A stretch of 35,045 nucleotides of DNA from an uncultured Methanospirillum sp. (GTDB lineage Archaea > Halobacteriota > Methanomicrobia > Methanomicrobiales > Methanospirillaceae): contig CAZSVH010000003.1 in assembly GCA_964610235.1 (NCBI GenBank), positions 1 to 35,045 of the forward strand. The letters run 5' to 3'. A program made the position numbers and the translations under genes. Below, piece by piece: positions 10,648-20,370 of the stretch. Each line of letters opens with the position of its first letter. Position 1 is the stretch's first letter. The notes under the pieces were generated by a model. It saw only the letters and a program-made list of their open reading frames with translations, had not been told where the DNA came from and did no database searches.

Positions 10648-11617
10648 CTATCCACCTGCATACCATTTCTGCAAAATACGTGATGATGAGGTCCGCTCCG
10701 GCCCGTTTCAGGCAGACCAGGCTCTCCATCACCACTCTTCTCTCATCCAGCCACCCCATGGCGGCTGCAGCCCGGATCATCGAGTACTCGCCTGATACCT
10801 GGTATGCGGCCACGGGGAGGTTCAGATCCGAGATATCTGATATGATGTCTCCGAACCAGCCGGCGGGTTTGACCATCAGGATATCCGCTCCTTCTGCGGC
10901 GTCCAGTTCTGACTCTCGAAACGCTTCTCTCCGGTTCCCGACCGGCTCCTGGTAGGTGGTCCGGTCACCGAACGAGTATCCGGATCCAGCCGCATCCCGG
11001 AACGGGCCATAGAGGCTGCTGGCGAACTTGGAGGAGTAGGCCATGATCGGAAGATCCTCAAACCCGTTCTCGTCGAGGGCCGAGCGTATCGCTGCCACCA
11101 TCCCGTCGAGCATACAGGAGGGGGCGATGATATCCGCCCCGGCCTGTGCCTGGGAGATTGCGATCTCCTGCATCAGTGCCAGGGAGGGATCATTGAGCAG
11201 ATCGACCCCGTCCCGTGTCTCCCCGATGATCCCGCAGTGTCCGTGGGAGGTGTACTCGCAGGCACACAGGTCGGTGATGATGACCATCTCCGGGACGGCA
11301 GCCCGGATCCTCCGGGTCACCTCCTGGATGATACCGTCGTCTGCATATGATCCGGATCCGGCCTCATCCTTCTCTTTGGGGATACCAAAGAGGAGAACTG
11401 CCCTGACTCCTGCGGAGAAGAGATTCCGGCAGACTTCACCTGCCATCGCTGCCGGGTAGCGGCAGACTCCCGGCATTGAAGCGATGGGGACGGGAGATGT
11501 CGCCGTCTCATCAAAGAAGAGGGGAGCGATGAGGTCGGTCTTCTGTACATGGGTTTCACAGAGCAGCGGACGGATTGACCGCTGCCTGAGTCGTCTCATT
11601 CTTGTCTGCGGGAACAT
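10634..11617 (-). CDS. hemB: Porphobilinogen synthase (Zn-dependent)
   Basis: RMRRLR, zinc motif [31 protein letters not shown]. Confidence 0.95.
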   Translation of the reverse strand: MFPQTRMRRLRQRSIRPLLCETHVQKTDLIAPLFFDETATSPVPIASMPGVCRYPAAMAGEVCRNLFSAGVRAVLLFGIPKEKDEAGSGSYADDGIIQEVTRRIRAAVPEMVIITDLCACEYTSHGHCGIIGETRDGVDLLNDPSLALMQEIAISQAQAGADIIAPSCMLDGMVAAIRSALDENGFEDLPIMAYSSKFASSLYGPFRDAAGSGYSFGDRTTYQEPVGNRREAFRESELDAAEGADILMVKPAGWFGDIISDISDLNLPVAAYQVSGEYSMIRAAAAMGWLDERRVVMESLVCLKRAGADLIITYFAEMVCRWIDEEQ

Positions 11618-12870
11618 AGTCCTTCTCCCCTGGTGATGGCTGATACGAGTTCTTCGGCCCGGTGAATCTCACCCATCTCGGCACATGCACGGATTGACAT
11701 TGTGACATCCGCAAGGAGTTTGCGGGTCAGGGCCCGGGCGAGGTCATCGGCGATCTCCCGGGCACGGTCATCATACCCCTGCAGCCTGGCAAACGCCCGG
11801 TCCCGCTCCCTGATTCGTATGGTCTCTGCCCAGGTATGGAGGGTGGCGAGGGTCTCGTCTGCTGCATGGCGGTTATAGAGCCGGATGAACTGGTCCAGTT
11901 CCTCGTCGAGGAAGAGGCGCACCCGTGATGCCGCCTCCTGCCGGGTACGGGCGGTACTGTCACTGACCTCCCTGAGATCATCGATCGTGAAGAGGCAGAC
12001 CCCGTCCAGGTCACCGACCTCCGGCTCCACGTCACGCGGCTGGGCGATATCGACGATAATGAGCGGCCGGCTCTCTCCTTCCAGCGGCCAGGTCCTCCCT
12101 TTGAGTGCCTCTTTCAGGTCTTTGGCATAGACGACCGGATGGGGGGCTGCGGTGCAGCAGATGACGACGTCTGAAAGGGCCAGGTACCGGTAGAGGTCAT
12201 CCATCGGGACTGCTGTCCCCTCGATCTTGTGTGCGAGGAGCCGGGCCCGGTCAAGGGTCCGGTTTGCGACGTAGATGGCCGAGAGGTTCTTGGCGGCAAG
12301 GGCCTGGGTGACGAGGACTCCCATCTCCCCGCTCCCGATGATCAGGATCCGTTTTCCCTCAAGGGTCCCGAGCTGCTCCTCGGCCAGAAGGACCGCTGCG
12401 GATCCGATGGAGACCGCCCCGTTGTTGATCCCGGTCCGCCGCCGGGCCTCGGCTCCGGTGTGGATGGCCTTGTTGATACAGAGTGCGAGGATGGGGCTGG
12501 CCACCCCGAGTTCCTCTGATAGGGCGAGGGATCGCCGGAGCTGGCCGAGGATCTGGTCCTCCCCGATGATCAGGGAGTCCACTCCTGCGGCCAGTTCGAG
12601 GAGGTGGGAGAGGGCCTGCTGGTCCTCGAAGATGGTGAACTTCCCGCGTCCCATACTCTCGAGGAACCCTGAGAGGGTATCGGCGCTTCCATGGACGATG
12701 ATCTCGACCCGGTTACAGGTCTGCAGAAGGACGACTCCCTTACACCACTCCCGCGCCCGGGTGAGGAGCTCATGCTCGTCAGGGAAGCGGAAGGCTTCGA
12801 TCTCCGGAACTGAAGCGGTATGGTGGGAGACTCCTGCGATGGTGAGGGGGGCGAAGAGGGATGGTCTCAT
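11596..12870 (-). CDS. hemA: Glutamyl-tRNA reductase
   Basis: GVSHHTA, catalytic TCNRVE, GEDQILGQ, Rossmann IIGSGEMG, DIAQPRDV. Confidence 0.95.
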   Translation of the reverse strand: MRPSLFAPLTIAGVSHHTASVPEIEAFRFPDEHELLTRAREWCKGVVLLQTCNRVEIIVHGSADTLSGFLESMGRGKFTIFEDQQALSHLLELAAGVDSLIIGEDQILGQLRRSLALSEELGVASPILALCINKAIHTGAEARRRTGINNGAVSIGSAAVLLAEEQLGTLEGKRILIIGSGEMGVLVTQALAAKNLSAIYVANRTLDRARLLAHKIEGTAVPMDDLYRYLALSDVVICCTAAPHPVVYAKDLKEALKGRTWPLEGESRPLIIVDIAQPRDVEPEVGDLDGVCLFTIDDLREVSDSTARTRQEAASRVRLFLDEELDQFIRLYNRHAADETLATLHTWAETIRIRERDRAFARLQGYDDRAREIADDLARALTRKLLADVTMSIRACAEMGEIHRAEELVSAITRGEGLCSRRQE

Positions 12871-13487
12871 GCCGGGTACTGCTCCATGATGTAGGTGATC
12901 GTGGTATCGGTGCCATTCTGAAGTCTCTTCCTGACTTCAGGGTCATGGAGCGCCCGGGTAAGGATATCACGCCGGCAGGGTTCAGGCAGACCCTGGTCCC
13001 TGAGCCGGCTCCGGAGCTGTTCCTCGAGAGAGATCAGCTGGTCAAGGTCAGGGAAAGCGGCCTGGAGATGTTCCCTGATGAACCGGGAGACTGCCGGGCT
13101 CGCTCCCTTCGTGCTGATTGCGATGGTGAACCGGCCCCCTTCATATGTTGCCGGAAGTATCACATCACCGCGGGGCATGGTTGCATTATTGCACAGGATC
13201 TTCCGATCCCGGCAGACTGTAAGGATCCGGCGGTTCAGGTCAGGATCCGAGGTTGCTGCGATCACCAGAAACGCGCCCTCAATGTACCTGTCGATCTCCC
13301 GCTCGTCGCCGGTCAGTTCGGTTGTGATCTGCACCACCCGGATATCCTGAAATGCTGGGGAGAAGGTTCTGCTGTACACGGTCACGTCAGCCGCGGGTGC
13401 AAAGTACTCAGCCTTTCGTGCTCCAACCTCCCCTCCACCGAATATGGTCACCGGTCGGTCGGTGCAGTCGACCATGAGGGGAATCAT
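12867..13487 (-). CDS. sirC: Precorrin-2 dehydrogenase / sirohydrochlorin ferrochelatase (SirC/CysG-N/Met8-like)
   Basis: IFGGGEVGARK, LVIAATSD, IAISTKGASP. First gene of the hem operon, with an ATGA overlap with hemA. Confidence 0.88.
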   Translation of the reverse strand: MIPLMVDCTDRPVTIFGGGEVGARKAEYFAPAADVTVYSRTFSPAFQDIRVVQITTELTGDEREIDRYIEGAFLVIAATSDPDLNRRILTVCRDRKILCNNATMPRGDVILPATYEGGRFTIAISTKGASPAVSRFIREHLQAAFPDLDQLISLEEQLRSRLRDQGLPEPCRRDILTRALHDPEVRKRLQNGTDTTITYIMEQYPA

Positions 13488-13659
13488 GGATGAAGGTGTG
13501 CGGTAAAAAAATTTTAACCTGTTGTTATAATTATGTCCTCAGGAGATGAAGGAGTATTACGACAGGGTGGGCTTCTTGTGAACTCTCCCCGATCAGGATT
13601 CATCCGGCAGCGGCGGGCGTTCTGGGGGGATCTCTCCGGGATCCGGTGTGGTAAGGTTT

Positions 13660-13674
13660 CAAAAATTTTAAATA
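13660..13674 (+). promoter_or_regulatory. BRE/TATA promoter of tRNA-Gly
   Basis: A-rich BRE followed by TTTAAATA about 30 nt upstream of the mature tRNA 5' end. Confidence 0.65.
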
Positions 13675-13705
13675 AATCCAGGTATTACATTATAGAGCAC
13701 TCTGT

Positions 13706-13777
13706 GCATCGATAGTGTAGTGGTTATCACTAGGCGTTGCCAACGCCTAAACCCGGGTTCGAGTCCCGGTCGATGCA
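13706..13777 (+). tRNA. tRNA-Gly (GCC), intronless, CCA not encoded
   Basis: Acceptor stem GCATCGA/TCGATGC with discriminator A; D-arm around TAGTGGTTA; anticodon stem AGGCG/CGCCT with loop TT-GCC-AA; T-arm CCGGG-TTCGAGT-CCCGG; oligo-T at about 13806. Confidence 0.96.
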
Positions 13778-13853
13778 TACCGACAGTGGGTTCACATCAC
13801 CACCGCTTTTTTCTTCTGCTGATTCCCAGAGCAGAGGCATTCAAAAAAGGGTA

Positions 13854-15050
13854 TCAGACCGGCATCAGGCCGGGGTGGCATCCGGTGATGCTCTTTCCTC
13901 CTGAAGGGGTCACGATGAAGGTGTTCTCAGTCCCGACCATGCCGATCCCCTCGATCCCCTTCTTTGGTTCGAGGGCAATCACCATATTCTCCTCGAGCGG
14001 TCTGTCAAACCCTGCTGCAATGACCGGGGTCTCCGCGATCTCTAGCCCTATCCCGTGCCCGAGGAACTGGACTCTCTTTTCGCCATACCCCATGAAATTC
14101 TCGAGGAATGCCGGGCTGAGGTCTGCGGTGATGGTCCGGTATATATCAGAGGGAGTGACGCCGGGTCTGAGCAGGGGGATGATGGCTTCCTGGATCTCCA
14201 GGCACCGGGTATGAACCGAGACGGCCTCCTCGGGGAGCCGGCTGCCGAAGACATAGGTCATCGTCTTGTCGGTGTGGTACCCGTTGTATCCGCAGCCGAT
14301 GTCAACGAATATCAGGTCCCCGTCCCTGAGCCGGCGTTTCCTGCTCCCCATCAGGGGGACTGCCGGGGAGAGGCCGGCATTTCCCCCCGGACTGTCCAGG
14401 TAGGTGGGATAGATGGAACTCTCCCCGAACCCGATCAGACCGAGGAGGATCTCGGACTCAAACATCCCGAACCTGACGATCCCATGATGTCCCTCTTCGA
14501 GCATCAGCGAATAGATCCTGCTGGTCAGGTCAGTCTCACTCATCCCTTCCTTCAGGACGCCGGGGACCAGATCCTCGAGGACATGGCGGTGAATCTCGCC
14601 CGCCTCCCCTGCCATGGCAAGTTCGTACAGGCTTTTTACGGATCTAATCTCCTGGATCTGGCTGTCAATATTTCTGACCGCACGGAACGGGAAGTACTTC
14701 TGGAGTCGTTCAAACAGGGCGATTGGAACCTGTCCGGTCTCAAGGTACACGACCTCGGGCAGGCGGGTCAGGGAAGCGGCAGCGTCCCGGTAACTTTTCA
14801 TCGGTCGGATCTGCGGGAAGAATGATTCATCAACCGCCCGTTCATAGCTCCGCTTTACCCAGAGACAGGGGTCCGAGCCCCGCGGGATCAGAAGCATGCC
14901 GTCCTGCATGGTGCCGGTGAAATAGAAGAGATTGATCTTGCTGAAAATGATGGCAATCTCCCATTCCGGGTGCTGTGTATCCATCAGGGCGATAAACCGC
15001 TCCATCCGTGATGTCAGTTCACCAGGTGGGACTTTTGAATGCATACCCAC
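13854..15050 (-). CDS. M24 family (Xaa-Pro) metallopeptidase
   Basis: Creatinase-like N-terminal domain. Metal ligands in VDIG..YHTDKT, GHGIGLE, ALEPK, GTENT. Confidence 0.88.
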   Translation of the reverse strand: MGMHSKVPPGELTSRMERFIALMDTQHPEWEIAIIFSKINLFYFTGTMQDGMLLIPRGSDPCLWVKRSYERAVDESFFPQIRPMKSYRDAAASLTRLPEVVYLETGQVPIALFERLQKYFPFRAVRNIDSQIQEIRSVKSLYELAMAGEAGEIHRHVLEDLVPGVLKEGMSETDLTSRIYSLMLEEGHHGIVRFGMFESEILLGLIGFGESSIYPTYLDSPGGNAGLSPAVPLMGSRKRRLRDGDLIFVDIGCGYNGYHTDKTMTYVFGSRLPEEAVSVHTRCLEIQEAIIPLLRPGVTPSDIYRTITADLSPAFLENFMGYGEKRVQFLGHGIGLEIAETPVIAAGFDRPLEENMVIALEPKKGIEGIGMVGTENTFIVTPSGGKSITGCHPGLMPV

Positions 15051-15199
15051 TATTTGGTGGCAGCCCCCTTGAGGGTATGGAGACGGCTGATCCGGTCACC
15101 GGAAGATCCGGGGGCATCCCGGAGACCTGACGATCCTCCCGGTCTCCTGATTAGATGTATGCTTCAGAAATGGTCTCCGGCGATGACCGGCAGAGGTCC

Positions 15200-18100
15200 T
15201 TACGGATCTGTGGGGGGTGCGTCGAGGAAATCCCGCAGAATACTCTGCAGTCTGCTCCGTATCCCCTTCTCTCCTCCTTTTCCCCGCGTTCTCTTCCTTC
15301 CTCCCCGCTTTTTTGTCCCCTCAGGCGGCGGTACCGGCTCCTCATCTTCAGGCCACGGGATGTACAGGCGGGGGATCATGATCTGAACCGGCCTCTTTAG
15401 AACCCTCACCGGCCCGGGTCTCCGGGCCTGTCTCCTTCCCCTGAAGGCCACCCCTTCTCCCCTGAGCCGATCCATGGTGCTGACCCAGATCATCTCATCG
15501 ATCAGGGAGCATGCATCGATGAACCTGAGCGATGCCGGGGGAAGCAGTGAGGGTTCAGGGACGGATACTCCACCCGATCCCGGGACGCGTACCGGTTGTC
15601 GGATGGCAGGAGGACGGGGCCGGTACGGGATACAGACGAGGGGGAAATGTTCGCGGACGATGAGGAGGGCCGGGATGCTCCTCCCGGTGGTCAGGGCCGG
15701 GTGTTCTCTCCGCACCGGCAGCAAGGAGCGTGAAGACCCGGCGGCAGGGAGCGGGATCGTATCCCAGCAGGTCCGGCTGGCTGTCACGCGGACAGGTCTG
15801 CGGAAGCGTGACGGGAGCATGAGGTATCCGGAGATCCATCCGGCGGTGAGACGGAAGGGCTCTGGCCCGGGGGCAGGCAGACAGAGGGTCCGCCTGTTCT
15901 GCCGCCATCTTCTCACCGGGTGGTGGGACCGGCACCAGGGGCAGCCGTCCTTCCCGGGGACGAACCAGTGGTCCGGGCTGGCCTGGCACCGGATCAGGGT
16001 GGAGAAGATCCGGTCCAGGGCTGAGAACCAGGTCAGGGGATCATCGGGCTTCCCATCCCCGGCCGGGTGGCTGGTGTCCGGGCAGAGGAGCGGGCGGAAG
16101 AAGTCCCGGATCCCGTCCGGGATGATTCTCCAGGACGGAGCCCGGGGCGGAGGACGAAGCCGGGGGGTATCTCCGGTCCAGGGAAAGAGTCCGGCTGCCA
16201 TCCGCCGTTCAGGAGACCGGTACCCCCTGATGCCCGGACCGGTTGCATGAAAGGGGTGGTACCCGTCCATGAGCATTTTAAAGATGAGGATGGCGGCGGC
16301 CTGAACCGGCTTCTCATCCCCGGGCTGGTCTTCCCTGATCCCGGGGAGGCAGAGGATCCTCACCGAGGCATCGGATCCGACAAAGACCGACCGGTCAGTG
16401 ATGAGGAGATCGGATATCCCGAGCCGGGAGGCTGAAAGAACCGCTGCCATAAGGTTCCGGCAGCAGGCGATCCGGTGTCTGAATGAGAATGACTCCCACC
16501 CTTCTCTCCAGCGGCTCTGGGGATCCGCGATGAGGTGCCAGGGGCGGTACCGGCCCGGGTCGATCGCGGGTATGATCCATCCTGCCCCGACTCCTCCCTT
16601 GGTAACCGTTCCGCTCGGGATGACCAGTGAGGCGGGGGGGTCTGCCACCCGGTACTCTCTCATCCCGATCGGGAGCGGTGAGACGGGGAGATAGAGGTGG
16701 CTTCTCCTCTGGTCTGAGGAGTGGATCGATCCCCATGCAGTGCAGAACAACCGCTCTCCTGCCATGATCGTCAATCCGCCTCTGTCCATCAGACGATTCC
16801 GGTCACTCTTCTGTTCACTCCCCCCCACTGGTTCCGGGGCTGCCGGTCCGGTATCAGGTCCGGGGTGCATGAGCGGCCTGGTTGGCAGCAGGGCTCTGAA
16901 TGCCTTCCCCCAGCGGGTTGCATCCGGCCTGGCAGACGGCTGACGGTGACCGGTGACGAACGCCTGCCTGAAGAGCTCCTGCACGGCAGGAGGGACCGAG
17001 TCATACGGGGGCGCATAATCCGGGGGAGCGATACCGGCGAGCCGGGACTCAAACGCGAAATGGCCCAGAAGGATCTTGTCGGTGGTTGCGGGTGCATCCC
17101 TGACCAGTGGTCCCTTTGCCTGGAAGGGGTGGACCCCATCCATGAGGAACCTGAAGATCAGCACTGCCAGGGCAAAGTGGTCACCGCACCGGCGGTCACA
17201 CCCGTCGCGGGAGAAGGAGCCGTCGAGGTGTTCGGGCGGGAGGTATTCACCGGTTCCGACCCTGCTCCAGAATATCCGGCCGGTGGCGGGGGCATGGATC
17301 TGGAACGAGTCGGTGTCAATGAGGATGAGGGATCCGTCCCTGCCGATGAGGAGGTTATTCTCCCTGAGATCCCCGATTGCATGGTTGGACTGATGGATTC
17401 CTTCCACTACGGCCGCGAGCCGGGAGGCGAGCGAGTACCGTGCCTTCAGCCCCCCGGCGTCCCGCTCCCCGGCTTCATCATACCAGAGATGGGCAGGCCG
17501 GAACTCCTCGTCAGGAATACGCCGCATCAGGTACCCGATAATATGCCCTCCTTTGGGCAGGTCGGTGAGGAGGAGGAGTGGCCAGGTCACGGATGTGAGC
17601 AGGCCGGGAGGGAGCGGATGGTCCACCATGACCCGCAGTTTCTCCTCCAGCTCGGCAGTTCTCCGGTGAGGATGAAATATCTTGGCGCACCGGGTCTGAT
17701 CCCCGCTTACGTGGTAGATCTCCCCTTCTCCCCCTGCCCGTCCGGTCGAGAGGAGGAGGCAGGTCCCTCCGTCCGGGAGATATGCCACGAGCCGGGTCCT
17801 GATCAGGGTGCGTGAAGGCCGGACTTTCCTGGGCGGGGCAGGAACGGTTTTTCCCGCGGTGACCTCAACATTCAGGGTGGTTCTGCCCGCATTCGTGATG
17901 ACCGGAACCGGGATGCTCAGGGTCCCGTCAGCAGGGAGTGTCCGGGTATCAACCTTCAGGATGATCCGGGCCCGGGTCTCAACCGGGAAGATGGAGGGGA
18001 TGAATCTCATCCAGGGGACCGGCGAGGAGATGGTCCCCCGCAGGATCCCTTCTCCTTCGTTGATGACCGTGACCGTGCTTTCAATTGTCCCCCGCTTATC

Positions 18101-18775
18101 CCAGGTGCACCTGATGCGGGGAGGATCCAGGCGGAGCCGGGGGCCGTCACCAGTCCTGAAATGGATATTGATGGTAATATCCTGTTCTCCGCCTGAACTG
18201 CGGACCCGTATCTTCCCGACCGGCTGGCGGACGGCAGGTGCTGCACGGGTATGGATGACGATCGGGATCACCTGGATATCCTTCGTCCAGATGGTCCGGG
18301 TCTTCACGTCTATCCAGTCAGACTCTGACTCCACGGTTCCGCTCAGGATGCCGGACCCGGTATTGCGCAGGGTGAGATCAGTGGTGATATCCTCCCCTTT
18401 TTTGAGGTTACAGAACCGGAGGTGCCGGTCGTCAAGGGAGAGACGGGGGTGCGGCAGGGGATGGGTGATGAATTCAACCCCGATCCGCACCGCTCCCCCG
18501 TTTGTCACCAGGGTGACGGTTCCCGTGGCCGGCGGGCCTCCCGCGATCCGGTCCGGATGGATCTCGATCCTGAACGGGAGAATGAACGGGGTCTCGACCC
18601 GGGGGGAAGGAAAGGTGATCCATCTGACATCTGAAAGTGCCGTTCCTTTCAGGACCCCTCCCCCGTCATTCATGATGGTGATGACTTCTGTCCTGAGTCC
18701 TCCTCCTCCGACGGTGATCCGTTCGCGGTCAATCCGAAGCCGCGGTGGTCGATCCCCGGCGAAGAGCGGAGGCAT
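15200..18775 (-). CDS. TerY-P-associated Ser/Thr kinase: 3 Ig/BACON-like repeats, kinase, degenerate second kinase, Zn finger and Pro/Arg-rich tail
   Basis: Kinase motifs GRAGGEGEIY, CAKIFH, IGDLRENN, IDTDSF, VGTGEYLPPE, DHFALAVLIFRFLMDGVHPF. Second copy IFKMLMDGYHPF. Zn finger CQASPDH...CPWC. Alternative start GTG at 18781. Confidence 0.8.
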   Translation of the reverse strand: MPPLFAGDRPPRLRIDRERITVGGGGLRTEVITIMNDGGGVLKGTALSDVRWITFPSPRVETPFILPFRIEIHPDRIAGGPPATGTVTLVTNGGAVRIGVEFITHPLPHPRLSLDDRHLRFCNLKKGEDITTDLTLRNTGSGILSGTVESESDWIDVKTRTIWTKDIQVIPIVIHTRAAPAVRQPVGKIRVRSSGGEQDITINIHFRTGDGPRLRLDPPRIRCTWDKRGTIESTVTVINEGEGILRGTISSPVPWMRFIPSIFPVETRARIILKVDTRTLPADGTLSIPVPVITNAGRTTLNVEVTAGKTVPAPPRKVRPSRTLIRTRLVAYLPDGGTCLLLSTGRAGGEGEIYHVSGDQTRCAKIFHPHRRTAELEEKLRVMVDHPLPPGLLTSVTWPLLLLTDLPKGGHIIGYLMRRIPDEEFRPAHLWYDEAGERDAGGLKARYSLASRLAAVVEGIHQSNHAIGDLRENNLLIGRDGSLILIDTDSFQIHAPATGRIFWSRVGTGEYLPPEHLDGSFSRDGCDRRCGDHFALAVLIFRFLMDGVHPFQAKGPLVRDAPATTDKILLGHFAFESRLAGIAPPDYAPPYDSVPPAVQELFRQAFVTGHRQPSARPDATRWGKAFRALLPTRPLMHPGPDTGPAAPEPVGGSEQKSDRNRLMDRGGLTIMAGERLFCTAWGSIHSSDQRRSHLYLPVSPLPIGMREYRVADPPASLVIPSGTVTKGGVGAGWIIPAIDPGRYRPWHLIADPQSRWREGWESFSFRHRIACCRNLMAAVLSASRLGISDLLITDRSVFVGSDASVRILCLPGIREDQPGDEKPVQAAAILIFKMLMDGYHPFHATGPGIRGYRSPERRMAAGLFPWTGDTPRLRPPPRAPSWRIIPDGIRDFFRPLLCPDTSHPAGDGKPDDPLTWFSALDRIFSTLIRCQASPDHWFVPGKDGCPWCRSHHPVRRWRQNRRTLCLPAPGPEPFRLTAGWISGYLMLPSRFRRPVRVTASRTCWDTIPLPAAGSSRSLLPVRREHPALTTGRSIPALLIVREHFPLVCIPYRPRPPAIRQPVRVPGSGGVSVPEPSLLPPASLRFIDACSLIDEMIWVSTMDRLRGEGVAFRGRRQARRPGPVRVLKRPVQIMIPRLYIPWPEDEEPVPPPEGTKKRGGRKRTRGKGGEKGIRSRLQSILRDFLDAPPTDP

Positions 18776-18785
18776 GGTCACCTGG

Positions 18786-19595
18786 TCAGGGGTCCGGTCT
18801 CTCCCGGTGTACCATGATGATCAGGGTCTTGTCATCCCCGGAGAGGGTTTCCATCCGTGGGGAGAGGAGCAGGGCGGCGAGATCCGGCCGGGGGTCGTGT
18901 CCGGCGATCAGCCGCTGCCGGACGAAGGAGAGGAGGGGGGTGATGAAGGGATCATAGGGCTGATATCCGCCCTTCTCCCTGACCGCAACTGCCCCCTGGC
19001 ACCCGTCCGTGGCGATGATGCAGGCCTCGATCAGCTCATGGTTTCCCAGCCTGAGATGATCCTCCCAGTCATGCTGCATCAGGCATGCCGTCTCGTTTGC
19101 ATACTCACCCTGCTGTGGTGCTGAGAGGATGAGGTTCTCTCCCTCCCGGACACCGGCCACGATCCCGTCCCCGATATGACCGACTGAGACGGTCTCACCG
19201 ATGCAGAGGGCGATGATCAGGGTTGATGCAAACGATGACGGGTGCTCTCCCTGTTCTGCGGCTTTCTGAAGAATTATCTGGTGTGCCGCTCCTGCAGCCT
19301 GTCTGATGAGGACTCCGGGTTCGTATCCGGCCTGCTGCTGTTCTGAACAGGACCGGGCGAGTGCTTCCCCGGCGGTCTGAACCGCCATCTCTGCCCCCTC
19401 CCGGGCATGCCGGGCGGTGGAGAGTCCGTCCGCTGCCACGATCACCCATCCCCCGTTATGCACCGGGAGGCATATCCAGGCGTCCTGGCAGGGAGTTCCT
19501 TCCTGCGTATGCCTGCTCCCCCTGCTGCAGGCACCGGTGATCAGGATATCGTCGGCAGAGTTCCCGGGACGCAGCCACTCCTCCCAAGGCCGCAT
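18786..19595 (-). CDS. PP2C-family (PP2C_2) protein phosphatase of the TerY-P triad
   Basis: GSRH...PCQD, VAADG, ASTL, HIGDG, GEYANET, ATDG, DDKT. ATG at 19595 overlaps the terY stop (TGATG). Confidence 0.88.
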   Translation of the reverse strand: MRPWEEWLRPGNSADDILITGACSRGSRHTQEGTPCQDAWICLPVHNGGWVIVAADGLSTARHAREGAEMAVQTAGEALARSCSEQQQAGYEPGVLIRQAAGAAHQIILQKAAEQGEHPSSFASTLIIALCIGETVSVGHIGDGIVAGVREGENLILSAPQQGEYANETACLMQHDWEDHLRLGNHELIEACIIATDGCQGAVAVREKGGYQPYDPFITPLLSFVRQRLIAGHDPRPDLAALLLSPRMETLSGDDKTLIIMVHRERPDP

Positions 19596-20296
19596 CAGAG
19601 CGGGATGGTTCCCCATCCGTCTGGTCCGGTCGGGTTTTCAAGGTTGATCTGGTCTCCGATCCGGGAGTCCGAGATCTTTGCCAGGCTCCTCGAGAGCCAG
19701 AGGAACATCTCTGACCACCTGGCTTCCTTCAGCTGGAGCGGGGTCCGGGTGGGGGGCGAGAGTTCCCGGAGGATGGTCATGTTAGCCTGATCTACTCCCA
19801 GTGCCCAGAAGAGGAACCGTCGCTCTGCTTCTCCCCCGTGGATCAGACCGGTCACCTCCTGCCACCGGGCATCGCCCCGGGACATGTCGGTCGGCTGCCC
19901 GTCGGTGATCAGGAAAATCCACGGGCGATAGTAATCGACCCCGGTCTCCCGGTATTCTGACTTGCGCTCCTCGATAAGGGTGGCTGCCTGAAGGATGGCT
20001 GCCCCCATGGGTGTATATCCGCCGGCCTCGAGTTCAGGTGGTTCAAACCGGGTGATCCCGGTGAACGGCTGGACGATCTCCACGCTCCTGCCAAAGGTGA
20101 TGATCGCCAGATCGATCCGTTTTGCCGCGAGATCATCGTTCAGGAGCTCATCAGCGAGTATCTTCAGGCCTTCGTTCAGCTCAGCGATCTTTGCCCCCTT
20201 CATCGATGCTGAGGTATCCAGGACAAGGACGGTTGCACAGTGAGGATGCTGGGGATATGGAATATCTACAATATCTTCAAGCGTCTCAGAATCCAT
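19595..20296 (-). CDS. terY: TerY-like von Willebrand factor A domain protein
   Basis: MIDAS LDTSASM, GYTPMGAA, YYRPWIFLITDGQPTD, FLWLSRS and a C-terminal GW, all typical of TerY/YegL. Confidence 0.88.
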   Translation of the reverse strand: MDSETLEDIVDIPYPQHPHCATVLVLDTSASMKGAKIAELNEGLKILADELLNDDLAAKRIDLAIITFGRSVEIVQPFTGITRFEPPELEAGGYTPMGAAILQAATLIEERKSEYRETGVDYYRPWIFLITDGQPTDMSRGDARWQEVTGLIHGGEAERRFLFWALGVDQANMTILRELSPPTRTPLQLKEARWSEMFLWLSRSLAKISDSRIGDQINLENPTGPDGWGTIPL

Positions 20297-20370
20297 CGTA
20301 TTTTCATCAACAGATTAACATATAAGGTTGTGTATAAAAATTCCGCTGGAATTATCCGGAATGGTGACCC

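Noticed and set aside
13533-14214. Plus-strand ORFs around and through the tRNA
   Set aside because: They overlap tRNA-Gly, its promoter and the antisense strand of the peptidase.
15079-15190. GGAGACC/GGTCTCC inverted repeats between the kinase and the peptidase, possibly a structured RNA
   Set aside because: The stems are short and plausible by chance in GC-rich DNA. No recognisable RNA family.
16721-19124. Long plus-strand ORFs (364 aa and 438 aa) and similar antisense ORFs elsewhere, e.g. 8450-9437 and 14055-14825
   Set aside because: They are shadows of real genes in GC-rich DNA and carry no recognisable motifs.
13706-20296. Possible island integrated at tRNA-Gly carrying the TerY-P triad
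   Set aside because: No integrase or transposase, and no duplicated tRNA 3' end found by eye. A self-alignment would be needed to exclude it fully.
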